Shown here one piece after another: positions 26,232-39,850 of a stretch of DNA of 64,000 bases. This DNA is from Octopus sinensis. Its lineage: Eukaryota. The notes under the pieces are model-generated. The model saw only the letters and a list, made by a program, of their open reading frames with translations, was not told where the DNA came from and did no database searches. Positions within the stretch are counted from its first letter, which is position 1, and each line of letters opens with the position of its first letter. Location of the stretch: positions 49,984,464-50,048,463 of the forward strand of contig NC_043011.1 of assembly GCF_006345805.1 (NCBI RefSeq), in the 5' to 3' direction. The translations under genes and the position numbers were made by a program.

Positions 26232-27109
26232 TATATATTATATATATATATATATAATATATATAATATATATATGTATACATATATTTATGTATATATT
26301 TATGTATATATATATGTATATATATATATATATGTGTATATATAATTGTATATATATATATATGTATGTATGTATGTATGTGTGTATGTATGTATGTATG
26401 TATGCGCATAAATGGATACATTAATGTATGTATATTTCTTCACCTCCTCCTGAGTTCTGTTTGTCCATATATACGATTTTTTCGTCTATCCTTTTTTTTA
26501 ATATATTTTGGAAAACTCTACTTCGCTCTCTCCACGATGTTATTTCTTGTCCGTGAACGCAAGCGAGCGAGCATTTCTGCTGTTCATGTAGCATGATTAC
26601 CATGACCTTCTGTCCAAGTCTCTCGACTTGCAGCATTTACTTTGTGTATTTTGTTTAGTATCTTGTTAGTATCGTTTATTCATTGGCTCTGTCTAATTTA
26701 AATTCTATTTTGATAGTAACTCAGAGCCAAACAATCTTTTCCAGACTTATTTGTATGTCTCATTGAAAATTCTCCACTCCTTTCGTCTCTTGCCGCAATC
26801 TCTTTTAGACTTTTCTTCTCTCGTCCTTTCTCGTCTGTCTAGTCTGTCCTTTCTCGTCCTTTCTCCTCTGTCTCGTCGTTTTCTTGTCTGTCTAGTCTGA
26901 AAAGGGTATTTTGGAGGGTGCTTAGCTTTTTCCTCTCTCTCAAAGATTGAACGTGCTACTCTCCACATCTGGCTTCAGCCTGCTTCTCAGTTTCTCTAAT
27001 CGATAGCATCGAATAACTTTTACGTTAAGTATTATGTGTGTATATATATATATACATGTGAATCTACATATATAAATGCCCACACAAACACTCACAAACA
27101 CACGTATAT

Positions 27110-27510
27110 ATTCTGTATGTGTGTGCATGCGTCTGTGTATTTATGTATGTATGTATGTATGCATGTATGTATGTATGTATGCTTGCATGTATATATGTAT
27201 GTATGCTTGCATGTATGTATGTATGTGTGTGTGTGTATGTATGTATGTATGTATGTATGCTTGCATGTATATATGTATGTATGCTTGCATGTATATATCT
27301 ATGTATGTGTGTGTGTATGTATGTATGTATGCTTGCATGTATATATGTATGTATGCTTGCATGTATATATCTATGTATGTGTGTGTATGTATGTATGTAG
27401 GTATGTGTGTATGTATGCATGTATGTATGTAAGTAGGTAGGTAGTTATGTATGTATGTAGGTATGTGTGTATGTATGTATATAGGTAGGTAGGTAGGAAT
27501 GTATGTATGT
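27110..27510. repeat. (TATG)n microsatellite with higher-order unit gtatgtatgcttgcatgtatatat
   Basis: The interrupted unit is repeated several times. Confidence 0.9.
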
Positions 27511-27637
27511 GCGTATGTGTTTAAATTTGACTAAACCAGTGATGTGTTACTTGGAACCAGCGAAATCAAACTAATCCAGACTGCAATAGAGTACTATTCG
27601 AAATAATACTTAATAGCGTATACATGCATACACACAT

Positions 27638-27671
<34 letters not shown>

Positions 27672-28042
27672 TGTGTGTGTGTTGTGTGTGTGTGTGTATA
27701 CACCGGGTCTTCGCTGAGAGACAAACAAATGTGATAAGCATTTCAGGTGAACAGGTATTGACTGAAGGTCAACGTAATTAGGCAACATTAAGAAAATTAT
27801 TCGGTTTAAAGTGCCATGTATAACGTCATGCAGAGCAAGAGAGAAAAATATTTTCAAGACTAAAGAAACAATTAACTGACAAATTATCTCGTATGGATAA
27901 TCAAAACAGAAGCCAGGATGAGGTTAAGATATACACATATGCACACATGCATACACACAGAAAAAAAGATAGATAGACAGATAGATGAAATGATACAGTG
28001 TAAGAGAGACGGACAGCGAAGCTGACGGTCAGATAGCCAAAC

Positions 28043-28111
<69 letters not shown>

Positions 28112-28140
28112 CATACATACATACATACATACATACTACA

Positions 28141-28174
<34 letters not shown>

Positions 28175-28243
28175 CATATATAAATAGACAGACAAACGTT
28201 CTTTGGAATAGCTAGAGTGTTTTCCACGTTGTAATTGCTACAC

Positions 28244-28284
<41 letters not shown>

Positions 28285-28294
28285 GTTTATCCAA

Positions 28295-28492
28295 ACATGA
28301 AAGCACAAAGAGAAAACACAACAACGCGAGGACGTGGAACAAATATAGTATTATTGGACGCTCACGCAGGAAGGAAAGAAGGAGGGTTTAACATTTCGAA
28401 CGGAGCTCTTCATTATAAACATAGAAAAAGGAAAGATCCAGAGAAGGGAAGACGGAGGAAAAAAAATCGCCAACGGTACACACGCGGTCACA
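28295..28492 (-). mobile_element. Inverted second copy of family H2, hammerhead core decayed
   Basis: Reverse complement of 25668-25870; core reads ataatga. Confidence 0.8.
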
Positions 28493-28859
28493 TGTTGAAT
28501 ATATATATATATAAGCCGAAAAATAATAATTTTAAATGAAACCGATGGATTATTCAAAGTTTTTTCTAAGTACATATTCACTATTCTGTGGCCTGCTTAG
28601 TCTTATGAACGGTAAGCTGTCCGAAACTTCGAAGACACTCTCAATGATAAAATAACAAAGATAAGTGCGTGTGAATGTATGTTGTGTTTGTATGTGCACG
28701 CGTGTGTTGTGTAAGTGTGCGCGCGTGTGTGTGTGTGTTTGCACCTGCGTGAGTGTGTGTGTGTGTATGTGTGAGCATTTGTTTGTGTGAGTGTAAGAGA
28801 GGAGAGAATATGTAAAAGAGACAGTTAATTTCATAATATCTCTAAAGTTCAAGTTTGTA

Positions 28860-29305
28860 AATTATCCCGAGTCGATCAATAAATGGAGGACAAACAATGT
28901 TAATGCGCGTTGAAAGATGCGAAGGTCTTTGGTTCTCTGGTCGCGGACGACAAAATAGTAAAGATACTGTCGTGGAGGATGGCAAAGGAGATGTACTGGA
29001 GCAGAGGCTGGCATTTGCGGGTAGCCATTTCCTTACCGAGTCCCACCTCCATAGCAGTGAGCAACGACATGGGCTGAGGCCTAAGGACGCCGGAATTCTG
29101 AATTGAGAGAGACCCCCCACCATAAACCTGTCAGAGACCGACTGATACTTTGACAGATTGCTCTTCTCAACCAGACGACCACAGAGACTTGGCTGGTAGA
29201 TGAACACCCAAGTTGCTGCTTGAGAAGTTGAAAGAGTCTTGTGCGAAAAACGGGGTTATATGCTATGGCTGTACTTGTTAAAAAAAGTACATCAGCGAAA
29301 TCTCC
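28860..29305 (-). other. GC-elevated unique island, possible exon(s)
   Basis: Acceptor gtgtgttttcag then GDFADVLFLTSTAIAYNPVFRTRL...; a second frame gives LLWRWDSVRKWLPANASL. Confidence 0.25.
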
Positions 29306-30119
29306 CTGAAAACACACTGTTTACCATTTTCTACAAGAAATACGATCTCTTGTTTCTGTCTCCGTAAAAGACGTGATGGGCATGGCGGATACTCTAACTA
29401 TCAGAAAATATCTCTTGACTACAACAAAAATAGTGTCTCAGGAAAATCAACTAAAATACGTCGAAATACCAAAGAATATAAAAGAAATCCAAAGAATTTC
29501 GAAAATCAATTGAGCATTGTGAAGCAGAAATCAAGAAATGCTGTAATATTTCCATGACACCAGTTAACATTTCATTCTCCACACAACAGCTGTTCTTGTC
29601 GTTGGCATATGGTGTGTGCAATGAAGCAGTATGACTTTTGGAGAGAGAATTAACGCCAAATGTCACCATTACCAAAATATATTCCATCGCAGACATTATG
29701 CTATGATACTGTGTCTGTGAGAAGGATGTTGTTTTGTTTTGGCGTCTTTTACGTTTTCTTGGCTGTTTTATTGATTATTTTTTTTCTTTGTCATTTTTGT
29801 TGTTTGTCTTGTAGTAGTTTCATGCTATTGATATGGGATTTTCTTGAATAAAGACACACATACACACACAAACAAGCACACACTATATCCACATATATAT
29901 GTGTATGTGTGTATGTGTGTGTGTTTGTGCGTGTGCCCACGTATGTGCCTATACTTATATATGCAAAAATACACATACATAAATACATACATACATATAT
30001 ATTTCTTTACTACGCACAAGGGGCTAAAACATACATATATATATATATATACATATATACATATATTTGAATGAATTATCTTATTATGGATATTCTTTCA
30101 TCTATATATATATATATCA

Positions 30120-32360
30120 AATGGATGTGTTATAAAATTATTCTGCACATACAATAACAGCCATACCAACAATCCAATAATCCTCCGCCATCAGCTGCCC
30201 CACGGATATCACTATGATTTCGACACCTGGGCAGTACCTCTCAATCCGCTCGTGTCTACAACACTGAAATAAGTGTTGTCTGGGAACAAATATACTTTAG
30301 ATATCATCACATTCACTCAATCTTAATTCTAAGAAGGATAACGCACTAACGTTATTAATTAATCTACAACAAAGAAATACATTTACCCTATGTACAAAAA
30401 TATTATAGGTAAATAAATTTAATAAGTAAACCTATAACTAACACCTAAATTATCTAACTAGCAACCTAGTCTTCCATGGTTATTAATATAGAAGTGAAAG
30501 CTTTTATATTGTTTTCTTTCCAAACTAAAAACAAACTCGATTGAACTTATCTAACAATATAACTAATTCTGAGTGAATTACACTATTTCATAATCCAAAA
30601 GTTGATAATTAAAACGCTGTATACGTATTAAAAAATTGGTTATCCTTACCTGCTTCAATTTTAAACCCATAACAGTAATTTAATAAATAATACTAAAATA
30701 TCATTATGAATACAAACTAATAAAAGAATACCTGTAATTAGCAATTATTATAAAAACCTTGTTACGATTAAAGCAAAATATATAACTGTTTAAAAGATAA
30801 TATGAAATATAAAGTATTACCAGTTACATGATATCTGGACACACGCGGTTCAGTTAACAATATTCTCAAAAGGCTGTCTAGTGCATAATTCACTACTTTC
30901 TCAATTGTTGTTAACAATTTTGGTGACGTAGTATGCAATTAGAGTGACTTGTAAACAGTCCAGACGTTTACAAATATATACTAAGTTGAAAGCTAGATAT
31001 TACACCATGTCTACTTAAAATTTCCAGTCTCCCACCTACAGAGCTATTAAGCGTTTTAACTAATTTACCTGTTTTACTGAATGTCTTAACAGTTTCCAAA
31101 AAGCTATTAGTATTATTTATAATAGTACCATAACTGATAATCTGGCCTGAAAAAACACCATAACCTATAAAAGAACGAATTCTACTACTGAACCATGGCA
31201 TTGAAGCTACTTGGGAGCCAAAATATTCTGTCTTATGATAAACGTCAGTACATATCTCATTATTATCCTTAATTGCTAAATTGACATCTACATAATCAAT
31301 ATCCTTTATATTATTACGATTTCTGGTGGCCTTAAGCTCACTAGTGTATATTTTTATAGGTAAAAATTGAAAGTAACCATAATTAGGTATAAATATATCA
31401 TCTACGTATCTGCAGCATCCATTAAGTTGATTAAGCAAACCAAGCTTTTTCCTCGCACGTATGTCTTTAAGAAAAAGTAAGTCGGATGAAGGAAGATAAA
31501 GGTCCGCCAATAGAGGACTACAATTGCCACCCATTGGAATTCCTCTAAACTGCTCAAACACCCTACCCACTACAAACGAATTATTAATTATAAAACTAAC
31601 ATTCTCTTTCATCGTTCTCTTATTTATATTACAATATCCTTTATAAAAAGAATTAGACAAGAAACCTTTACCATTTTTTAATGATATGTATTTATATCTT
31701 TTATTAATTATAATATCTAATATACTAAAAATACCTTCTACACGTTTAAATATTAAATTTGTAAATAGCGTCGAAAAATCGTACACGTACATAGTCTTAA
31801 CCTCCTTGCATTTAATCAGTCTATCCAGAAATTCCTTACTTGATATAATATTCCAAAAATAATTAATTCCCGAACTGTTACAAATGTTATCACAATATTT
31901 TTTATATATGTTCTGACTACTTTTAAAGCATCATTAACCAATATAGATAGCTGTTTAGTTGTACAATTATTAGCTTTATGCAATTTTGGAAGCCAAAAAA
32001 GTTTAGGGATATTTTAATCCTTTCTTTCCACTTCTAAACCACTAAATCTTTCTACTGTAGGTATAAGTCTATTAACTATCTCATTAACGTTTTCCTATAT
32101 AACTTTGTATGTGTTCTTACCTATAAACTTAAATTCCTTACCTCCTCCTAACTCTTCGCCTTCGACCATAATATGATATTTTTAAAAATTACTACGAAAT
32201 TCCATACTGTTATATATGAACTAGGGACAACTGATGAAGGGGATTTTTCCTTGTGTAGTTTGTCTTGTACTCTGTTTTTCTGTTGTAAAAAAATGGTTTG
32301 TTCCACACTTGTTTTTCCGTTTTCGTTTCTCGTCGAGTTCTACGTCTAGTTGTGGTGTCC
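30120..32360 (-). mobile_element. Penelope-like retroelement (partial)
   Basis: Contains the RT ORF 30968-31792; 3' part is homologous to 36720-37230; gggaca(g/a)ctgatg motifs at both ends in opposite orientation. Confidence 0.8.
30968..31792 (-). pseudogene. PLE reverse transcriptase fragment
   Basis: Motifs YDFSTLFTN, GIPMGGNCSPLLADLYL, CRYVDDIF, DYVDVNL and DVYHK; truncated at both ends. Confidence 0.85.
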
Positions 32361-32460
32361 TGTACTCACGTATATATATTTATATATGCATGTATATATA
32401 CATGTAGATGTAGGTAGTACATATATGTATGTATGTATGCATATATTTTATTTATTACAC

Positions 32461-32499
<39 letters not shown>

Positions 32500-32700
32500 A
32501 TACGACGGGATTCTTTCAGTTTTCGTCAGCCAAATCCACTCCCAAAGCTTTGGCTGGCGCGAAGCTACAGTAGACGACACTTGTACAAGGTACCATGCAG
32601 TGGTACTGAACCCGGAAGAATGTGGGTGGGAGGTAAGCTTCTTACCATACAGCCACTCTTGCACCTATGGCCATTTCTACCTCTATAGTCACTCCTGCAC
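32500..32700 (-). mobile_element. SINE family A head (diverged)
   Basis: cgacgggattctttcagttttcgtc...cttaccatacagccactc. Confidence 0.75.
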
Positions 32701-33515
32701 GTATATATATATATATATATAAACGACTATATGTGTACATTCAGTATATACATACAAATATAAGTATATGAGTATATATAAACACGACGGGCGTAGAATC
32801 AGTTTCCGTCTAGAATTTCACTCACAAGGACCCGGGACTATATACAGTACAGCAATTTTGTGCGTGGGGCTGTGCCGTGGGACTGAGCATGAAACTCGTC
32901 ATTTTAAGAGAAGCTTCTTAGCAACACACCTGCTTGATTCGCTTTCCGAAAAATAAAAATATAACATAAAACACATTTTTTTCAGATGAAATTAAAACTG
33001 AAAATTGAATTCAAAATACCCATAAGCAAATGTGTTTTTATAGCAATAATATGATTAAATATTTTGCAATTATAGCAAAAATAGTATTTTTCAGGAAATT
33101 AAAGAGAGAATTGACGAGAATTCTTAATAAATATTTAGAGGAGCATACTTATAATGATTATGTGTAATTTCTGATTATAATTATGATATTTCAGGTGTTA
33201 CATGTTAATGAATATCTACCGTATATATAAAGTGAAACACTGTTATGAAGCTTTTTCATTTGAGTTGGAAATGTTTTTTGCCTAATCAACCACTTCTGCT
33301 AACATAACGAAAACATAATGTATACAGTGAGGGAATACGTGTATGCAAACATATGTACGCACTTACATCCATCCATTCATACAAACATGCATTCATATAT
33401 TGGTTTCCAGTTTTGGAACAAGACTAGTAAGTTCGTAGGAGGAGGTTAGTCGATGACATAGATACCAGTGTTCAACTGACAATTATTTTATCGACCCCGA
33501 ATGGACGAAAGGCAA

Positions 33516-33720
33516 TCAGTTCACTCAGCTGTAGAAATGAGTTGCGACGTCACAGGTGCTAAGTTCTATCGGCTGTTGCCTTTCCCTTGGATAATATCAA
33601 TGGTATGGAGAGGAGAGGCCGGAATGCATGGGCGACTGCTGGCCTTCCATAAACAACCTTACCCGGACTGCTACCTATGAGGGTAACTTTCTAGGTACAA
33701 TCCCACCGTCAGTCAGGACA
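33516..33720 (+). mobile_element. SINE-like interspersed repeat body
   Basis: cagttcactcagctgtagaaatgag... resembles the body following the V/CORE-like segment in the 49707 copy; family inferred. Confidence 0.45.
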
Positions 33721-33812
33721 GAAGGGGGTCTCAGCAGCATACATACACACACGCACACACACACACACACACCACACACATGCACACACAACCACACAAA
33801 CATATATATTAT

Positions 33813-33875
<63 letters not shown>

Positions 33876-33999
33876 CTTAAGTTAAATTCCGTGAGTTGAG
33901 CTGAGAATGGTGTTTGGTGAAAACTTGAAGGGCGAAGTGCCGCTAAACATTTTGCCCGGTGTGCTAAAGATCCTCCCAGATCGCTGCCTCTGCATTCAT

Positions 34000-34207
34000 C
34001 CGAGATGGTGCGGAAAAAGTTTCTGGCTTCGGGTAAAGAAAAATACATGAGAATCAATTAATTATGATTATATTCAAAAGATTCAAACACTCATTGCAGC
34101 GGTCCGTCAGTTTTTCTGCCTCCTGTAAAAGAACTCGGAAACGTGAACCTCCAACGAGGCCTTTCACGAAACCCTTAAAGCTAGCAACATTTCTGCACTA
34201 CCTCGTA
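34000..34207. mobile_element. Mariner-type MITE (degraded copy of 19480-19696)
   Basis: Colinear similarity throughout; ends ctcgta. Confidence 0.7.
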
Positions 34208-34785
34208 AATACATATATTTATGTAAACATTCATAAATACAAATATTTACTTATTGCTTACATCATAAAGAGGTTCGTAAACCTCGAGAGATATTCCATA
34301 AATCGCTTTAAGCGGTGGATCTCGAAGTAAGTATAGCGATAATTAATAGCAAGCAAAATATTGGATCTAAAAGTTTTCCCTTGAATAGGAAACGTTAAAA
34401 GCCGATCTTTTTAGCATCCAGGGTTTTTAAAACCAATATTCCCTCGGTGTTATTCATTGCTTAATCTGCTTCAAGTACCACTATTAAAAAGAGTTTCTAT
34501 TTACACACGCACACACGTACGCTCACACACACACACTCACATACACATACATATGTACAGATATATGTATATAATTATATGTATGTATACATGCATACTT
34601 AGATACATATATGCATCGCTTTATCATATACATTTATACATAGGACATATATAAGTATCGATATATACATATATATATATCGATATACATATATATGTGT
34701 GTGTATGTATACATATATGTGTGTGGGTGTGTATACATATATGTGTGTGTGTGTGTATATATATATGTATATATATATTATGTAT

Positions 34786-34828
<43 letters not shown>

Positions 34829-35132
34829 CATACACACACATACACACACATACACACACACACGCACACACACATATATATATATACATTAAGTTATAAT
34901 CTGGGAGTTGAGCTGACAATGTTGTTTGGTGAAAACTAGTAACGCAGCCAAAAGTGTTTTATACTACGTTTTACACACCGATTAATTCGCCAAATTCTCA
35001 CGAAATAATCTATTGCTATTCCTTAAAATACCTCTAAATAACATCCTCCAAACCATTTAATAAATGTTCTTCTTTTTCTGTATTTCTATGTCTTTTTCTC
35101 TCTCTCCCACACCCTCTATTTTGCTCCTACTA

Positions 35133-35222
<90 letters not shown>

Positions 35223-36452
35223 CATATTCGTGTAATGTTTCGTTTGTGTATTTGTGTACGTGTGTGAGTATGCGCCCGCCATGTGTATGCGCGCTCGCGA
35301 TAGACCTGTGCTTCGGTAAAGTACAACTCTCATTTCCCCCGCCTGTAATCTTTAGGCGATGTGATATTCTTATAACACTCTCTATATATACACGTTATAT
35401 ACTCTGCCTGAAACAACTGTGCAAGAATTATAATTCAAAGTGCGATCATTTGATAAATATGACGAGAAATATATAACTTTACATAGATTTTTCCCCCCTT
35501 TTTTCTTCTCACTTTCTATTTCTCTCTCTCTCTTTCTTTTTTTTTCTGAAGACAGCTTATTCATGATAAATGAACATAAGATTCCCATGAGGACAGCAGC
35601 GGGAATCCATAATTAAACATGACGGTAAAAACTAATGATTGGAAAATTGGATATTTTGCTAGCAAGATTTAGCTGTGAGGATGTTTATTCACAATATGGA
35701 AGATATCTGAAGAATTAACACTAAAGTGGGATAATTATCGTTAAAGATTGAAGATAGATAGAATAACCTATTGTTCGATTGTACAATGGTCGTGCTTTGC
35801 AGCTGAAATGCCAATTGTTTCCATTTTGCAATGTATTTATATTACATATATATATTACGCGTGTGTGTGTGCATGTGTGTATGTGTGTGTGTGTGTGTAA
35901 TGTATTAATTGTACATATGTAGGGTTTCTTCCTCGAGAAATCATAACTTGTACTGGCATTTAGAGGTTCTTAACGTCTATTGTTCGTGTGTTTATCTCTA
36001 AGTTGGCGGGACTCGACTGAAGTCAGATATAGGTTACCTCTCATGATATATTGTGTGCGCATATAATAAAGGTAGTTCTGAACGCACTAACGCAAGTGCA
36101 CGCACCCAAACACGCATACAAGCACACACACATATACACACAGAATTACACTACACTCACAAACAACCACACACCTGTTTTCATATTACACACACCGCAC
36201 ACATAGCTCTATATATATATATAATTATTATTTGAGGGAAGAAAATCCAAACTTACAAGGAAAAAGAATTCAATTTAGAAAAACTAAGGCAAATTCCACA
36301 CAATATAATATATATGAAATATTAGAAAAAAATATATATATATACTTATGTATATGCATATATAGATATATGTATACATGCATATATATATACATGCATA
36401 TATTATATATACATATATGCATATACATGCATGTACACACATACATATATAG

Positions 36453-36483
<31 letters not shown>

Positions 36484-36719
36484 GATATATATATATATAT
36501 ACATTACACACACATATATATAGCGAGAGAAAGAGAGAGAGATTATATATATATATATGTATACAAATATGAATATATACATATAATATATAAAAACAGG
36601 TGTGTGTGTGTGGTCGACGATTACTTGATCCCATTTAAAATCAAAATTCTTCATCCAATTTCGTTCACGCTTGGCAAATACATCAGTTATGTTTCACTGA
36701 TCTATACTACTTAGATTTT

Positions 36720-37230
36720 TCAAAAGGATGTGTTATAATACTATTCCACATATACAAAAACAGCCATACTGAGAATTCAACATACCTCCATCATCAGCTG
36801 TCCCACGGATATATTTATTGTTTCGACACCTGAGCAGTACCATTCAATCGGGCGGTGTCAGCAGCACTAAAATAAGTGTTGTTTTGGGATCAAACAAACC
36901 AAAGAAGCCGCAACTTTCAAACACATTTACCCTATGTACAACCACATCGGTAAATATATTCAATAAGTAACTTACAACCATATATATATATGATCAAAAT
37001 AAGCAACAATCACCTTATTTTAAATTGTATGGATAATAGCATGCTAAATTTTGGTGCCTCAGCTTAAGTACCATATTCATCTGAATCTAAATTTTTACTG
37101 AACTTATATATATATATATATATATATAAAGAGCAATAAAGATTCAAGTTAATTTAAAAAAAATTACTTGAATATGGTACATAACTTAGATGCAAAAAAA
37201 AAAAATATACTGATTTAACAATACAGTAAT
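36720..37230 (-). mobile_element. PLE 3' fragment
   Basis: Colinear with 30120-30450 (ggatgtgttata...cagccatac...catcagctg.cccacggatat...ttcgacacctg). Confidence 0.65.
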
Positions 37231-37272
37231 GGGGGTGATTATAAGCGAGAAAGAAGCAACAAGAATGGATAG

Positions 37273-37364
37273 GTATTTAGTACGATCGTTTCATACAAGG
37301 ACAGGTTTTATAAAAGTTGCAAAGATTACAGCATATAACGAGTCCGTACTCATCAGCTAAATAC
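37273..37364 (-). ncRNA. Type I hammerhead ribozyme (left-arm copy)
   Basis: Reverse complement of the 37941-38035 motif; core intact. Confidence 0.75.
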
Positions 37365-37940
37365 ATGTAAGTTCTCTAGACATCCTAGTGTTTGAGGCTA
37401 TACTCATGAAGTAATGTAGATAATTAAACAGATTTCTAAAGTCATTAAAGTTCTTTAAAAGATGATGTACAGTCTTATCACAGAATTTTAAAAAAGTTTT
37501 GATAGCATCACAGAGAAGGTGACCAAATCCATATGAATTTCCATAGATATGATGAGGGATTATATACTCACAGAAGACAAATTTATCCATTGTTAATTAC
37601 AACGAGGTGGGTCTCAATTTCTGCTTATTATTGTAATGCTTGTCCTGCTTATTATTGTATGCTTATTATTGTAATGCTAATAAGCAGGAATTGAGACCCA
37701 CCTCGTTTGTAATTAACAATGGATAAATTTTCTTCTGGAGTATTAAATCCCTCATCATATCTATGGAAATTCATATGGATTTGGTCACCTTCTCTGTGAT
37801 GCTATCAAAAATTTTTTAAAATTCTGTGATAAGACTGTACATCATCTTTAAAGAACTTTAATGAACTTTAGAAATCTGGTTAATTATCTACATTACTTCA
37901 TGAGTATAGCCTCAAAACTAGGATGTCTAGAGAACTACAT

Positions 37941-38035
37941 GTATTTTAGCTGATGAGTACGGGACTCGTTTATATGCTGTAATCTTTGCAACTTTAATAA
38001 AACCTGTCCTTGTATGAAACGATCGTACTAAATAC
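37941..38035 (+). ncRNA. Type I hammerhead ribozyme with canonical core
   Basis: Stem I gtatt(t)tag/ctaaatac; CTGATGA 37950-37956; long stem II gtacgggac/gtccttgtat; GAAA 38016-38019; palindromic stem III acgatcgt; GUA cleavage after 38027. Confidence 0.8.
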
Positions 38036-38864
38036 CTATCCATTCTTGTTGCTTCTTTCTCGCGTATATATATATATATATATATATATATACAAAATAA
38101 GAAAATGGAGAAAAATACATCGAAATCAAATATCCAATTACAGATAATACTCAATCACATACTTCATTAAACCACTACATAACAAACTATAAAGGTTAAC
38201 AAATAATAATGCAAGGTAAAGCAGTGTACATGAAGGAGTGTACATGAAATAGTAATGTTATACAAATGAATTAATTGTATCGCAATTCTTAACATTTATG
38301 TATTAACTTTGTTGGGTACCTCACTAGCAGTATATTGGATATATGGTATCCCATAGTGGGTTGCATTTACAACCCCTATCTCAATTTGTATATATATATA
38401 TATATATATATATATGCATGTATATGCACGTCAGTATACGCACGTGTACATATATACATTAAACACAATCACAGCCATGCCGAAGTAGATACAGATATAC
38501 ACACTAAAATTTATATACAATTGTGTATGTGTATGTACGTGGGGGGCGGGTCTGTGTATGTTCGTAATTAAGTTACTGATTGTTTACAACAGTAAGTGTC
38601 CAACAAATGTAGAACATTTTATAGAAAGATCTCTTGAATGTCCCAGCATGGCTGCAATATAATTACTGCTACTTGTTATATAATGTGTTCTTTTATTCTT
38701 TATTCTTTTGCGTGTTTCATTTATCAGACCGCGGTCATGCTGGGACACCGCGTGCAAGAATTTTAGTGGAATGAATTGAGTCTGGTACTTTTAAATGTTC
38801 TTGTTATTTTTTTAAAGCGTGGTACTTATTTTAGCGGATCTTTTGCAGTAAAGTATTTCTTTTA

Positions 38865-39085
38865 TTAACAAAGGGGCTAAACACAGAGGGGGGACAAACA
38901 AGGACAGACATAGGTATTAAGTCGATTACATCGACCCCAGTGCGTACTGGCACTTATTTATCGACCCCGAAAGGATGAAAGGCAAAGTCGACCTCGGCGG
39001 AATTTGAACTCACAACGTAACGCAGACGAAATACCGCTAAGCATTTCGCCCGGCGTGCTAACGTTTCTGCCATCTCGCCGCCTAT
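38865..39085 (-). mobile_element. SINE family C, near consensus
   Basis: Minus strand ggcggcgagatggcagaaacgttagcacg...gagttcaaattccgccgagg... (A/B-box-like head) through the tail. Confidence 0.8.
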
Positions 39086-39189
39086 GCTACGAGGAGATAA
39101 AACACCAACACCGGTGGTCAAGCGTTGGTGGAGGACAATGACCCACATAATCACATACACACACATACACACACATACACACACACTTG

Positions 39190-39345
39190 TGACAGATTTC
39201 TTTCATTTCCGTTTACCAAATCCTCTCACAAGGCTTCGGTCGGTACAAAGCTGGAGTGAGAAAACACTCGCCCCAGGTGCCATGCATTTGGAGTGAACCC
39301 GGAACGAAGCTTGGAAACCAAGCTTAATATAACACAACCACATAT
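39190..39345 (-). mobile_element. SINE family A head (diverged)
   Basis: ttctttcatttccgtttaccaaatcctctcacaaggc... matches the family head. Confidence 0.65.
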
Positions 39346-39451
39346 AGTGACAAAACATATCTATGCGTGTGTTGTGTGCGTGTCTGTGTATGTGTGTGTG
39401 TGTGTGTATGTGCGTGTGTGATTGCGTGTCTATATGTGTGAGTACAAATAT

Positions 39452-39850
39452 GTGGAAGCACTCCGTCGGTTACGACGACGAGGCTTCCGGTTGATCCGAA
39501 TCAACGGAACAGCCTGCTCGTGAAATTAACGTGTATGTGGCTGAGCACTCCACAGACACGTGTACCCTTAACGTAGTTCTCGGGGAATTCAGCGTGACAC
39601 AGAGAGTGACAAGGCCGACCCCTTTGAAATACAGGTACAACAGAAACAGGAAGTAAGTAAGAGTGAGAGAAAGTTGTAGAAAGTGGGGATTGAAAGAATA
39701 CAGACAGGGATCACCACCATCCCCTGCCGGAGCCTCGTGGAGCTTTAGGGTTTTCGCTCAAAAACACTCACAACGCCGGTCTGGGAATCGAAACCGCGAT
39801 CCTATGACCGCGAGTCCGCTGCCCTAACCACTGGGCCATTGCGCCTCCAC
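39452..39850 (-). mobile_element. SINE family B, full length, 12-bp TSD
   Basis: tRNA-like head gtggaggcgcaatggcccagtggttag...ggtttcgattcccag; TSD GAGTACAAATAT at 39440-39451 and 39851-39862. Confidence 0.9.

Larger units (their letters stand above)
37245..38063. repeat. ~820-bp palindrome (arms ~385 bp, 47-bp spacer of tgcttattattgta repeats)
   Basis: 37245-37630 is the reverse complement of 37678-38063, with roughly 15 differences, mostly 1-nt indels. Confidence 0.95.

Noticed and set aside
30968-31792. Active autonomous PLE
   Set aside because: The RT is truncated, flanking frames contain stops, and no intact GIY-YIG domain is attached.
32222-32365. Functional hammerhead at the PLE end (also 30185-30215 and 36790-36830)
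   Set aside because: CTGATGA is present, but no correctly placed GAAA and stem II partner can be drawn; kept only as remnants.
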